This document shows, one piece after another, positions 52,687-62,673 of a stretch of DNA of 64,000 bases. The notes under the pieces are model-generated. The model was given only the letters and a program-made list of their open reading frames with translations, was not told the origin of the DNA and did no database searches. Numbering within the stretch: the stretch's first letter is position 1; every line of letters starts with the position of its first letter. Source of the DNA: Candidatus Woesearchaeota archaeon (GTDB taxonomy: Archaea > Nanobdellota > Nanobdellia > SCGC-AAA011-G17 > JACPNG01); NCBI GenBank assembly GCA_016185615.1, contig JACPNE010000002.1, positions 5,253-69,252 of the forward strand. The letters run 5' to 3'. Both the position numbers and the translations under genes were made by a program.

Positions 52687-53289
52687 TTATTTAAACACTT
52701 CTCCTGCTTCCATGCTCCAGAATAATAAGTCAAGCTCATCCATATGTATCTTTATATTATCTGAGAATTCCTTAAACTTCTCTTCTATCTCAAAATATTT
52801 ATTCTTTGTCAATGATTTTGGTATATCATCTATTATATTATACTTTTTGAGATTTTTTAGTATATGCCTGTCTAGAATTGCGAGATTTCTATATCCTATA
52901 TTCCTAAGAAAATGCGCTGCTTCTTTATATCCATATCCTTTTACGTTCTTAACTAAAAATTCTCTAAGTTCCCTTGAATCTCTTCCTTTATTTATCTCAT
53001 TAAATAAAAAATCATATTTTTCTTTTGCTTCCATAATATATTTTGATTTATTATTGCTGAATCTTATGTTTTTTAGGAGCTTTACAGGATTAAAATTATA
53101 AGAGTTCTTGAAATCATGTTTTTTTAATTCCTGAATACATTTATCCGCTGCTCTTGCACTTGTTTGCGGAGTTAATAAACAAAAGCACATCTCATAAAAT
53201 ATCTCCTCTTTCTTTATGTTCTTGAAATCATTTAATCTTGATTTTATTATCTCTTTTTTCTTGTTATATTCATCTATCAGCTCTTTCAT
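52687..53289 (-). CDS. ogg: Archaeal-type 8-oxoguanine DNA glycosylase/AP lyase (Ogg2, HhH-GPD)
   Basis: 'CFCLLTPQTSA', HhH 'GYGYKEAAHFLRNIGY' and catalytic 'AILDRHI'. Confidence 0.75.
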   Translation of the reverse strand: MKELIDEYNKKKEIIKSRLNDFKNIKKEEIFYEMCFCLLTPQTSARAADKCIQELKKHDFKNSYNFNPVKLLKNIRFSNNKSKYIMEAKEKYDFLFNEINKGRDSRELREFLVKNVKGYGYKEAAHFLRNIGYRNLAILDRHILKNLKKYNIIDDIPKSLTKNKYFEIEEKFKEFSDNIKIHMDELDLLFWSMEAGEVFK

Positions 53290-53366
53290 TTTAGAATTAT
53301 CCTATATTATTATCCTGAAACAATAAGTATTTAAATCTTATTAGCCATATAACCTAAAATTCTAAT

Positions 53367-55967
53367 ATGATAACCCATAAAGAGAAGCCTAATGAAGAGA
53401 AAGAGCTATTTGAAGTATTACATCCCATAGTAAAAACATGGTTCAATAACAAATTTAAGAATTTTTCATTGCCGCAATTATATGGTGTGATGGAAGTTCA
53501 TTCAAGAAATAATGTTCTTATATCCGCTCCAACAGGTGCTACTAAAACATTAACAGGATTCATGGCTATAATCAATGAGCTTATTGATTCTTCAATAAAG
53601 GGAATAATTGAAGATAAAGTATATTGTGTATACATTTCTCCTCTTAAAGCACTCAATTCTGATATTGCTGTAAATTTATTACAACCATTAGAGGAGATGG
53701 AAAAATTGTATGATAGGATGAATATTGACAAAGTAGCAAAGAAAAATCTAGGCATTAGGGTTGCTGTAAGAACCGGAGATACAACACAAAAAGAAAAATC
53801 AGCTATGCTAAAAAATGCCCCACATATCCTTATAACAACTCCCGAGTCTTTGGCTATTTTGTTGAATTCTCCAAAGTTTAAGGAATATCTTAATGATGTC
53901 CAATGGTGCATTACAGATGAGATACATGCATTAGCTGATAATAAAAGGGGGGTTCATTTATCCATTAGCTTAGAAAGATTGCAAAAATTAAGCCCGGGGA
54001 TGACAAGGGTTGGATTAAGCGCTACAATCTCTCCTTTAGAGGATATTGCCAAGTTTTTAGTCGGGAATGAAAGAAAATGTAAAATAATAAATGTCCAATT
54101 TCTAAAAGAATTGGATTTGAAAGTTTTATCTCCTGTTGAGGATTTAATTGATACATCACATTCATATATGCATCATGAAATGTATAAATTATTGGATAAT
54201 CTAATACAGGAGCATAAAACAACATTAATCTTTACAAATACAAGATCAGGGACAGAAAGGGTAGTTCATTATCTAAAAGATAAGTTTCCGAAAAGTTATA
54301 CAGAGAATATTGGAGCCCATCACGGCTCATTATCTAAAGAACACAGACTAAAATTAGAAGAAAGATTAAGAAAAGGATTACTAAAAGTTGTAGTCTCTTC
54401 AACTTCATTGGAATTAGGAATTGATATTGGTTATATTGACTTAGTTATCTTATTGGGAAGCCCAAAATCTGTCGCTCGTTGCTTACAAAGAATTGGTAGG
54501 AGTGGACATCAATTACATTCTGTTACAAAAGGAAGAATAGTTGTTCTTGATAGGGATGATTTAATTGAATGCAGTTTATTATTGAAATCTGCTGTTGAGA
54601 AAAAGATTGATAGAATTCATATTCCTACAAATGCATTGGATGTGTTATCCCAACAAATATTTGGGATTGCTATTTCAGAGCAAATTCACATTAATGACTT
54701 GTTTGAGTTAGTAAGAAAGGCATATTGTTACAAAACATTATCAAGAAAAGATTTTAATGAGGTTATAGATTATTTAGCTGGAAAATATATTTCTTTGGAA
54801 GACAGACATATTTACGCTAAGATTTGGTATGATGAAGAAACTGGAATTATTGGAAAGAAAGGAAGATTAGCAAGGGTTTTGTACATGACAAATATAGGCA
54901 CTATTCCAGATGAAACTCATGTAAAAGTAAAAATAGGAGAGCAAATAGTTGGAACAATAGATGAGGCATTTTTGGAAAGATTAAGAAGGGGAGATATCTT
55001 TGTTCTTGGAGGAAACACTTATGAATTTAAATTCTCCAGAGGAATGGTTGCACAAGTACAATCTTCTGTTAACAGGCCACCAACAGTTCCATCTTGGTTT
55101 TCTGATATGCTTCCATTAAGTTTTGATCTTGCTTTAGAGATACAAAGATTTAGAAAATTAATGGAGCAGAGATTTAACTTAAAACAATCAAAGAAAGATA
55201 TTATAAAATTCATAAATGAGTATTTATATGTTGATGATAATGCGGCAAATGCAATCTATAACTATTTTGAAGAGCAGTTTAAATTTTCTGAGATTCCTCA
55301 TGAAAACAAAATAATAATTGAAAATTATACAGATGAGCACGACAGAAAATATGTAATATTCCATACATTATTTGGAAGAAGGGTAAATGATGTCTTGTCA
55401 AGGGCATTAGCTTATGCTATCTACAAAACACAGCATAGAGATGTAGAAATTGGAATAAATGATAATGGATTTTATTTATCTTATGACAAGAACATTAATG
55501 TCATTAAAGCATTCTCATTATTGAATTCAAAGGATCTTAGGAGAATACTGGAATTAGCAATAGATCAGACTGAAGTTTTGAAAAGAAGATTCAGGCACTG
55601 TGCAACAAGGGCATTAATGATCTTGAGAACTTATAAAGGAAAGACAAAGAAAGTAGGAAGACAACAAGTAAGCTCAATGATATTGTTGAATGCTGTAAAA
55701 AGAATCTCCGAGCAGTTTATTATTTTAAAGGAAGCAAGAAGAGAAGTTTTAGAGGATTTGATGGATATTGACAATGCTATTAATCTAATTAAAATGATAG
55801 AAGACAAAAAAATAGAAATGAAAGAGGTGCAAACAAGAATTCCAAGCCCTTTTGCCCTTAATCTAGTTATGCAGGGTTATGCTGATATCCTAAAAGCAGA
55901 TGATAAAGTTGAATTCCTCAAGAAGATGCATCAGCAAATTTTAGCTAAAATTAGTTTGAAACATTGA
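53367..55967 (+). CDS. lhr: Lhr-like DEAD/DEAH-box ATP-dependent helicase
   Basis: Motif I 'APTGATKT', motif II 'DEIH', 'SAT' and 'QRIGRSGH'. C-terminal Lhr WH/DEAD-associated region 'GGNTYEF'. Confidence 0.85.
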   Translation: MITHKEKPNEEKELFEVLHPIVKTWFNNKFKNFSLPQLYGVMEVHSRNNVLISAPTGATKTLTGFMAIINELIDSSIKGIIEDKVYCVYISPLKALNSDIAVNLLQPLEEMEKLYDRMNIDKVAKKNLGIRVAVRTGDTTQKEKSAMLKNAPHILITTPESLAILLNSPKFKEYLNDVQWCITDEIHALADNKRGVHLSISLERLQKLSPGMTRVGLSATISPLEDIAKFLVGNERKCKIINVQFLKELDLKVLSPVEDLIDTSHSYMHHEMYKLLDNLIQEHKTTLIFTNTRSGTERVVHYLKDKFPKSYTENIGAHHGSLSKEHRLKLEERLRKGLLKVVVSSTSLELGIDIGYIDLVILLGSPKSVARCLQRIGRSGHQLHSVTKGRIVVLDRDDLIECSLLLKSAVEKKIDRIHIPTNALDVLSQQIFGIAISEQIHINDLFELVRKAYCYKTLSRKDFNEVIDYLAGKYISLEDRHIYAKIWYDEETGIIGKKGRLARVLYMTNIGTIPDETHVKVKIGEQIVGTIDEAFLERLRRGDIFVLGGNTYEFKFSRGMVAQVQSSVNRPPTVPSWFSDMLPLSFDLALEIQRFRKLMEQRFNLKQSKKDIIKFINEYLYVDDNAANAIYNYFEEQFKFSEIPHENKIIIENYTDEHDRKYVIFHTLFGRRVNDVLSRALAYAIYKTQHRDVEIGINDNGFYLSYDKNINVIKAFSLLNSKDLRRILELAIDQTEVLKRRFRHCATRALMILRTYKGKTKKVGRQQVSSMILLNAVKRISEQFIILKEARREVLEDLMDIDNAINLIKMIEDKKIEMKEVQTRIPSPFALNLVMQGYADILKADDKVEFLKKMHQQILAKISLKH

Positions 55968-56001
55968 AAACCTATATATACTAGTTTTACATGATAATTT
56001 A

Positions 56002-56307
56002 ATGTATAATCTATATGGAATGATGTATCCATTTTCACCTTACTTTTTAAACTCTCCATTTTTTCTGCTTTTTGTAATGCTTGCGGTATGGAGTTTGATA
56101 TGGAAAGGGTTAGCATTATGGAGGGCCGGAAGAAATAATCAAATGTACTGGTTTATTGCATTATTAATAATTAATACAGCAGGAATATTGGAAATTATTT
56201 ATATAGCATTCTTCCAGAAAAATATGAATCCAAGAATGACATCACATCCAAATGCTGTTCCAAAAAAGACTTCTAAATCTGTAAGAACAAGAAGAAAAAG
56301 AAGATAA
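56002..56307 (+). CDS. Small membrane protein (DUF5652-like)
   Basis: 'WSLIWKGLALWRAGRNNQMYWFIALLIINTAGILEIIY' with a basic tail. Confidence 0.5.
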   Translation: MYNLYGMMYPFSPYFLNSPFFLLFVMLAVWSLIWKGLALWRAGRNNQMYWFIALLIINTAGILEIIYIAFFQKNMNPRMTSHPNAVPKKTSKSVRTRRKRR

Positions 56308-56316
56308 TTATTAATC

Positions 56317-56634
56317 ATGTTTTCATATCTGATAGAAAAATTCGGAAGATTTAAGCAACACATACCATACAAAATGTACTGTCAGAATTGCGGATTAGAA
56401 TTAACAAATAAAGGAGGGGATGTTTCTGTTTCTGGCGGGATTTATTGTGATAACAAAATAGAATGTGTGGTTGCAAGGATGAAAGATTCTCCTAAATCAA
56501 TAAATTCTAATAAAATTAATGTAGGATCACATTTTAAATATCTTTTTTTAGATCCAACTAGATTGCAAAAATTAGTTAATAAAGGGAAAATAACAAAATA
56601 TGGACCTTTAGAGAAAGCTGTTTCTAACACTTAA
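56317..56634 (+). CDS. Hypothetical protein
   Basis: 105-aa ORF with 'CQNCG...C' Cys residues. No family recognised. Confidence 0.4.
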   Translation: MFSYLIEKFGRFKQHIPYKMYCQNCGLELTNKGGDVSVSGGIYCDNKIECVVARMKDSPKSINSNKINVGSHFKYLFLDPTRLQKLVNKGKITKYGPLEKAVSNT

Positions 56635-57381
56635 TTATTCTAATAATAATAAAGCCAGCATAACTAATATTCCGGAAATTATTGCTATTAATTGCAAAAA
56701 TGATCTCCCTGGACTTGTTTCTTTATGTAACTCTGGAAGTAAATCCGAGCCAGCTATGTAAATAAAACCGCCAGCTGTGAATGGAATTAAAAAGTCACCA
56801 AATCCTTGTATACTTGAACCCAAAACTATAGATAATACTGCACCCAAAATAGCTAATGACGCTGAAGCAAAATTATACATTAATGCCTTTGTTTTAGTTA
56901 ATCCTGCGTGAAGCAAAACCCCAAAATCACTTATCTCTTGTGGAATCTCATGGAATATCACAGCCAAAGTAGTTGCAATTCCTAAAGGGATATTAACCAA
57001 ATAACTCCCGCCAATAATTAATCCATCTACAAAATTATGCAATCCATCTCCAACTAAATTTGTAAATGCTAAAGGATGAGGATGATTTTTTGATGTTGGT
57101 ACATGACAGTGTCTCCAGTGTACAAATTTTTCTAATACAAAAAATGAGATTATTCCGGATAATATATATACTGGGATTTTAACTCCCAATCCCAGCCCAA
57201 ATGATTCTGGAATTAAATGAATAAAAGCGTCCCCAAATAAAGCCCCTGCTGAAAAGCTTACAAGGAATAATAATGAGTTTTTTATATACCCATTATTAAG
57301 GACTACAAAGAATATTCCTATCAATGAGATTAATGAAACTATTATTACGCTTATTATTGAATATAGCCATACATTTAACAT
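56635..57381 (-). CDS. ZIP-family divalent metal transporter
   Basis: 'HNFVDGL' and 'HEIPQEISDFGVL' ZIP motifs, with about 8 TM helices. Confidence 0.85.
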   Translation of the reverse strand: MLNVWLYSIISVIIVSLISLIGIFFVVLNNGYIKNSLLFLVSFSAGALFGDAFIHLIPESFGLGLGVKIPVYILSGIISFFVLEKFVHWRHCHVPTSKNHPHPLAFTNLVGDGLHNFVDGLIIGGSYLVNIPLGIATTLAVIFHEIPQEISDFGVLLHAGLTKTKALMYNFASASLAILGAVLSIVLGSSIQGFGDFLIPFTAGGFIYIAGSDLLPELHKETSPGRSFLQLIAIISGILVMLALLLLE

Positions 57382-57433
57382 ATTTCTAATTTAGAATAGC
57401 TCAATTTTTAAATCTTTTTAATTTAATTTCCTT

Positions 57434-57697
57434 ATGACATTTGGAATTGTTGTATACAGAAGACACGGAAATTATAACTCCATTATAATAGCAGGCAGCA
57501 CTAGTTATGATAATTTTTTGAGAGAGCTAAAGAAAGACAGTGTAGAAATTATTGCCGGAAGAAAAGATATTTCTAAAGATGAGACCATTAAAATAAGTTG
57601 TGAGATAAATGATTTATTTTCCAGATTGGATGATGGAGAAAAATTAGACGGGAAAAAAGAATTAGAGACTATTTTAAAGGATCCATCTACTGATTAG
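57434..57697 (+). CDS. Hypothetical protein
   Basis: 87-aa ORF. No family recognised. Confidence 0.35.
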   Translation: MTFGIVVYRRHGNYNSIIIAGSTSYDNFLRELKKDSVEIIAGRKDISKDETIKISCEINDLFSRLDDGEKLDGKKELETILKDPSTD

Positions 57698-57986
57698 GCC
57701 GGATTATTCCAAGCCTTATTGTTGCTGTCTGTCCGTCTTCTGTTGGTACGGTTAATGTTACAAATCCTTGGGAGTTTAATTGCTGGATCATCTGCTGCAA
57801 TATAAGATTATTGGCATCCTGAACCCCTTGTCTGTAAGATTCTAATAATTTCTGCTGCTCTTCAGCTGTCTTTTGCTGCTGTTTTTCATCATAAAGGTCA
57901 AACCCAATGTAAATAACAGAAATTATAAGAAGTATAAGGAGGACAAAGCTTTTTTTGTCTTTTAATATACTAGTTAAAAAATTCAT
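57687..57986 (-). CDS. Hypothetical N-terminally anchored protein
   Basis: TM 'FVLLILLIISVIYIGF' followed by a Q-rich segment. Confidence 0.4.
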   Translation of the reverse strand: MNFLTSILKDKKSFVLLILLIISVIYIGFDLYDEKQQQKTAEEQQKLLESYRQGVQDANNLILQQMIQQLNSQGFVTLTVPTEDGQTATIRLGIIRPNQ

Positions 57987-58025
57987 AATTATGCCTTTAT
58001 CCTTTATTTTATAAACTTTATTATG

Positions 58026-58319
58026 CTATTGACCAACAAAAATTCTTTCTTTTTCTGGCAACAATTTTGCTAATCCATTCTCATCTGATTTATGTGAATA
58101 TATTCCTTTACCATCAAATTCAGGATTTTCTGTTCTTATGTATGCTAATGGTGGAAATCTTATCTTTTCTCCTGTGTCAGAATATCCCATCCTTTCTTGT
58201 CTTCCGCATTCAGGATAATCACACCACCAAGCTTGACCAGTAATTCCAAAATCTATATAGAATACCCTGTCATGTTTACATTCAGGATTGCCTTCATAAG
58301 CTACTTGATTTTCTGCCAT
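58026..58319 (-). CDS. Hypothetical protein
   Basis: 97-aa ORF with possible metal ligands 'CKHD...WWCDYPEC'. No family recognised. Confidence 0.4.
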   Translation of the reverse strand: MAENQVAYEGNPECKHDRVFYIDFGITGQAWWCDYPECGRQERMGYSDTGEKIRFPPLAYIRTENPEFDGKGIYSHKSDENGLAKLLPEKERIFVGQ

Positions 58320-58366
58320 AATTTTAATTGAAACAGATAGATTATAAATCTTGTTGTTGTATAATA

Positions 58367-58864
58367 TTATAATGATAAAAACATTTCAAAATACTCTTCC
58401 ATTTCTGGAATAAATTCTTCAGGATGCTCTTGAAGTTGTTTTTTCAATTTATCTTTAGAGAACCATTTAATCTCTTCAACCTCATCTTCTTGTATCTTAA
58501 GTTCACTAATATTTTTGTCAATATTTAATGTATACCATTGAACAAAATAGTTATATTCATTATCAACTTTCATTTTTATATTAAGTTTAGGTTTAATACT
58601 TTTGAGCCCGAGTTCTTCTTCTGCTTCTTTGATTATGTTTTCTTTGTAAGTTTCTCCTTTCTCAACAGTTCCAGCAACTGCCGGTCCCCATTTTCTTGGA
58701 TTATGTGATTTTGTACGATGCCTTCTTGCAAGAAGAATCTCATTATGAGAATTAGTAATCCATAATGCAGAAACACGATAAATATCTCCTTTCTTTAAGT
58801 TATCTCTATATTTATAATCGATAATATTGTCGTTTTCATCTACAACAACTATTTTTAATTTCAT
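58367..58864 (-). CDS. NUDIX hydrolase
   Basis: Nudix box 'GTVEKGETYKENIIKEAEEELGL'. Confidence 0.8.
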   Translation of the reverse strand: MKLKIVVVDENDNIIDYKYRDNLKKGDIYRVSALWITNSHNEILLARRHRTKSHNPRKWGPAVAGTVEKGETYKENIIKEAEEELGLKSIKPKLNIKMKVDNEYNYFVQWYTLNIDKNISELKIQEDEVEEIKWFSKDKLKKQLQEHPEEFIPEMEEYFEMFLSL

Positions 58865-58922
58865 CTTAAAACTGAATCAGATAAATCATATATATTATAA
58901 ATCTTATTATCCTAAAAATTTT

Positions 58923-59633
58923 ATGAAGATTAATGACAATTTAGAGATAATTGATTTAGCTTTATATTTAAAAAAAGAAAAAGCTTTGATTATCTCAGAT
59001 ATGCATATTGGATATGAAGAATCTTTGAATAAACAGGGAATATTAATCCCAAAATTCCAGTTCAAGGAAACTTTGGAGAGATTAACCAAAATATTTTCAA
59101 AAGTAAATCCGAAAACAATAATATTAAACGGAGATTTTAAGCATGAATTTGGAACTATCTCTGATTCTGAATGGAGAGATACATTAAAAATCCTGGATTT
59201 TTTGATAAGCAAATCTGAAGAGTTGATATTGATAAAAGGAAATCATGATACTATTTTAGAACCAATAGCCAGGAGAAGAAATTTAATTGTTAAGCCATAT
59301 TATAAAATAAATGATTATTACATTTGTCATGGGGAAGAGATTTCTTCTAATCTTGATTTTACTTACTCTAAGACTATTATTATAGGACATGAGCATCCTG
59401 CTGTCTCAATTAAATCCAATACAAGAAGTGAATTGTATAAATGCTTTTTAGTTGGAAAATTCAAGAATAAAACTTTGATTGTTATTCCATCCTTTAATCT
59501 AGTTACAGAAGGAACAGATGTTCTTAAAGAAAGATTATTAAGCCCTTTTTTACAGGAAGATCTAGATGATTTTGAGGTTTATGTTGTTTCTGATAAGATT
59601 TATAAGTTTGGAAAGTTGAAGAATTTGAGATGA
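58923..59633 (+). CDS. Metallophosphoesterase (COG1407-like)
   Basis: 'LIISDMHIGYE', 'LNGDFKH', 'IKGNHD' and 'GHEHP'. The ATG at 58923 is preferred because the track start at 58827 overlaps the divergent NUDIX gene. Confidence 0.7.
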   Translation: MKINDNLEIIDLALYLKKEKALIISDMHIGYEESLNKQGILIPKFQFKETLERLTKIFSKVNPKTIILNGDFKHEFGTISDSEWRDTLKILDFLISKSEELILIKGNHDTILEPIARRRNLIVKPYYKINDYYICHGEEISSNLDFTYSKTIIIGHEHPAVSIKSNTRSELYKCFLVGKFKNKTLIVIPSFNLVTEGTDVLKERLLSPFLQEDLDDFEVYVVSDKIYKFGKLKNLR

Positions 59634-60001
59634 GAACAATATATATCATCCATTCCAGAGATTTCGATTTCAAGAATGAACTATATAGTACAATTAGAAA
59701 AAGCCAGTTAAATAAACAATATAATTTTGTTCTACCTCATGAGAAAAGTGATAAATTATTTGATTCAAAAGAGTTGTTCAAGAGTGGATGCGATATTGTT
59801 ATTGTAGAATCATCATATCCAAAGATAGGGGTAGGAATAGAAGTCGGATGGGCTGACGCTTATAACATTCCAATCATAGCTATTTATAAAAAAGGCTTTA
59901 AGATATCAAGTTCTATAAAATTCATAAGCGAAGCAGTAATAGAATATAATTCTTCAGATGATATGGTATCTAAATTAAGAAAAGTGCTTGAAAGAATTTA
60001 A
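59630..60001 (+). CDS. Nucleoside 2-deoxyribosyltransferase-like protein
   Basis: Flavodoxin-like layout: 'IYIIHS', 'GVGIEVGWADAYNIPIIAIY'. Moderate resemblance. Confidence 0.45.
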   Translation: MRTIYIIHSRDFDFKNELYSTIRKSQLNKQYNFVLPHEKSDKLFDSKELFKSGCDIVIVESSYPKIGVGIEVGWADAYNIPIIAIYKKGFKISSSIKFISEAVIEYNSSDDMVSKLRKVLERI

Positions 60002-60041
60002 GATAAATAAATTTATATAAAAAAGAAAGAGAAGATTAAGT

Positions 60042-60464
60042 ATGAATTGGTTAATTTATGGTATTTTGGCCATGATTGCTTATGCCTTATTTAATTTCTT
60101 TGTTAAATTATCATCAAATAAAATAAATGTGCCGTTAGCAGTTGGAATCATTAGTCTTACTGCTGCAATAGTTGGGTTTATAATTTTCGGATATCTAAAA
60201 ATAACAAATCAAAATATCATCTATTCAACGGATGGATTAAAATTTGTAATTCTAGCTGGAATTTTTGTTAGTTTAGCAGAACTCTTCTATTATTTTATGT
60301 TTATGGAAAAAGTTAATCTTTCAATAGGGCTTCCATTAGTTGTAGGTGGAACCATAGCTATAGGTTCAATATTGGGAGTAATATTCTTATCTGAATCTTT
60401 AACTGCTTATCAGATATTTGGTATTATATTTACATTAATGGGAATTATTCTACTTTCTATATAA
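60042..60464 (+). CDS. EamA/DMT-superfamily small membrane protein
   Basis: 140 aa with 4-5 TM helices in a single EamA-like half. Confidence 0.55.
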   Translation: MNWLIYGILAMIAYALFNFFVKLSSNKINVPLAVGIISLTAAIVGFIIFGYLKITNQNIIYSTDGLKFVILAGIFVSLAELFYYFMFMEKVNLSIGLPLVVGGTIAIGSILGVIFLSESLTAYQIFGIIFTLMGIILLSI

Positions 60465-60503
60465 TTTTAGAAAGTTATAAAAATATATCCAAAACTAAAT
60501 TTT

Positions 60504-61190
60504 ATGCCTAAATTAGTATATATCTCTCATGAAATAAGTGGAGATGTAAAAGGTAATATAAGAAAAATTCTTGGAATATGTAAAATAGTCCATACTAAAG
60601 ATACAATACCTTTTACTCCTTATCTATCTTTATTACAATATCTTGATGATGAATCTATTGAAGAAAGATTATTGGGAATGGAAGCAAATGCTGAACATTT
60701 TAGAAGAGGAAGTTTTGATGAGCTCTGGGTTTATGGGACAAAGGTTTCTAAAGGGGTTTTTGAAGAATTGGAATTATCTGTACAATTTAATATTCCTGTA
60801 AAAGTTTGTGATAAAAGGGTTAAAGTTGAAACAAATTATGCTTTTAAGGGGATAAGAAGAGGAATGGCTCTTCCAAGATATTTAATGGCTGAAAGAAAAT
60901 TACCAAATAGAAATACATTATTTTTTAGAAGGGATTCAACTAATGATATTGTTCTATTTGAATCAGATACTTTTCTTGATCCAAAAACAGGAAAAGATGT
61001 CTCAAGATTTATTCCAACTGTTATTTCATGGGATGAAATTCTGGATGGTTGGATTGCATTAGAAAATAAATGTAAAAATTATGGAAGAGCCAAACAAAGA
61101 AGTTTTAAGGAAAGATTTTATGATCATCTGGCTGGATTATATGGGAATCACAGATCTTTAGATAATGCTTTTAGTGCTTCATTAGCATAA
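60504..61190 (+). CDS. Hypothetical protein
   Basis: 228-aa ORF. The N-terminal about 100 aa look flavodoxin-like (DUF4406/NDT-like?). Not confidently assigned. Confidence 0.4.
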   Translation: MPKLVYISHEISGDVKGNIRKILGICKIVHTKDTIPFTPYLSLLQYLDDESIEERLLGMEANAEHFRRGSFDELWVYGTKVSKGVFEELELSVQFNIPVKVCDKRVKVETNYAFKGIRRGMALPRYLMAERKLPNRNTLFFRRDSTNDIVLFESDTFLDPKTGKDVSRFIPTVISWDEILDGWIALENKCKNYGRAKQRSFKERFYDHLAGLYGNHRSLDNAFSASLA

Positions 61191-61615
61191 AATCTTACAT
61201 TATCTTTTAGTTCTTCATTATCCAATTCTTCTTTAGAAAACCATTTACAATCTTCTGTTATCTCTTTATCTGAAAGTTTTAATTTATCTGAATTTGATTT
61301 GGCGAAATAAACAAGAGTTACATGCTCATGGTTATCATTAATTCTATGCCTGTTTAGATAAAATGGAGGAATTAGCTCTTTATAGTTCTTATCAGAGGGA
61401 TTTGGAATATCTATAGGAGAGTATAATTCTATATCTAATCCCACTTCTTCTTTAACTTCTCTAATTGCAGCTTCATTTGGGTCATCTTCTAGTTCTATAT
61501 GTCCTCCAATACTGAGCCATATTTTATATTTGTCATGCTTTCTTAGTAGAACTTTGTTGTTATATACAATAAATACTTCTACAGTAAAATCAATCTTATC
61601 ATGAATATGTGGCAT
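61148..61615 (-). CDS. NUDIX hydrolase
   Basis: Nudix box 'GGHIELEDDPNEAAIREVKEEVGLD'. Confidence 0.8.
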   Translation of the reverse strand: MPHIHDKIDFTVEVFIVYNNKVLLRKHDKYKIWLSIGGHIELEDDPNEAAIREVKEEVGLDIELYSPIDIPNPSDKNYKELIPPFYLNRHRINDNHEHVTLVYFAKSNSDKLKLSDKEITEDCKWFSKEELDNEELKDNVRFYANEALKALSKDL

Positions 61616-61714
61616 TTTTTATAATAATAAATATTTACTTAAAAGAATAACCATTTAAGAAAATAATAGTTTAATAATATTAAAGCTTTTAAATTAATTG
61701 AATTCTATCAAAAT

Positions 61715-62407
61715 ATGACAGAATTGAAAAGGCCTAAAAGTCTTGTAATAGTGCGTCATGGTCAATCTACCCATAATGTAATCCTTGATTTATTACAGCC
61801 TGATTTGGAAGAAATAGCAAAGCATAAAAAAATAAGAGAATCTGACATTGAACTTACTAAAGAAGGATTCAGACAAGCTAGAGAAACAGGAATATATCTA
61901 TCAAAAAGAGAAAGATTTGATATCTGTATTGCTTCCCCTTATGTAAGAACATGGAATACAGCCAATACAATTGTAGATAATATTGGTTATAAATTAAAAT
62001 TATTTCCAGATTACAGGATTCGTGAGAAAGGATTTGGAAATATGCATGGCCTTACAACAGAAGAGATTAGAGAAAAATATCTTGATGAGTATGAAAGAAG
62101 GGAAAGAGAAGGAAAATTCTATTATAAGCCGTTAGGTGGAGAGAATTATCTGGATGTCAGTGATAGAGTTCGTGAATTTATGGGTAAACTAGTTAGAGAT
62201 CACTCTGGAGAGAATGTTTTGGTTGTAACTCATCAAGTTACCTGTAAAGCATTTGTAATGTCTTATATGCATCTTCTTGAGAAAGAAGTTCTTGCTTTGA
62301 AAGATGTTCCAAATTGTGGCATTGTTGAATTTGAAGTTGATACAAGTAGAAAAGAAGAAGGAAGAATGAAATTAGTTAGATATGGTTATGTTGCTTATGA
62401 AAGGTGA
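61715..62407 (+). CDS. Histidine phosphatase family (phosphoglycerate mutase-like)
   Basis: 'LVIVRHGQSTHN' catalytic RHG motif and a downstream 'VVTHQV'. Confidence 0.8.
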   Translation: MTELKRPKSLVIVRHGQSTHNVILDLLQPDLEEIAKHKKIRESDIELTKEGFRQARETGIYLSKRERFDICIASPYVRTWNTANTIVDNIGYKLKLFPDYRIREKGFGNMHGLTTEEIREKYLDEYERREREGKFYYKPLGGENYLDVSDRVREFMGKLVRDHSGENVLVVTHQVTCKAFVMSYMHLLEKEVLALKDVPNCGIVEFEVDTSRKEEGRMKLVRYGYVAYER

Positions 62408-62452
62408 ATTTATGATTAGAAAGTTATTTAAATTTATGAAACACAATAAATT

Positions 62453-62581
62453 ATGCCAAATTTTTTAGCTAAATATAGAACAAAAACAAAAAGACCCATA
62501 AGTTTTAAGACAAAAAGTGGAAAGAGAGTTCGTTTTAAAGGAAAAAGAACTTCAATGAGAAGGAAAAGAGTAGTGTTTTAA
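62453..62581 (+). CDS. Micro-ORF encoding a 42-aa highly basic protein
   Basis: 'MPNFLAKYRTKTKRPISFKTKSGKRVRFKGKRTSMRRKRVVF'. No clear SD. Absent from ORF track. Confidence 0.3.
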   Translation: MPNFLAKYRTKTKRPISFKTKSGKRVRFKGKRTSMRRKRVVF

Positions 62582-62673
62582 TATATTAATAAAATAATTT
62601 TTGTTTCATAAATTTTACTAATTATTTCTCTCTCATTAATAAAGTTTTTATATATAGAATATAGTCATCCGTT

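Noticed and set aside
62602-62608. Isolated TGTTTCA heptamer upstream of the Mrr-like gene (and other singletons)
   Set aside because: Single occurrences are expected by chance in 64 kb of AT-rich DNA. Only the phased cluster at 23961-24046 and the 42-bp duplicate are considered meaningful.
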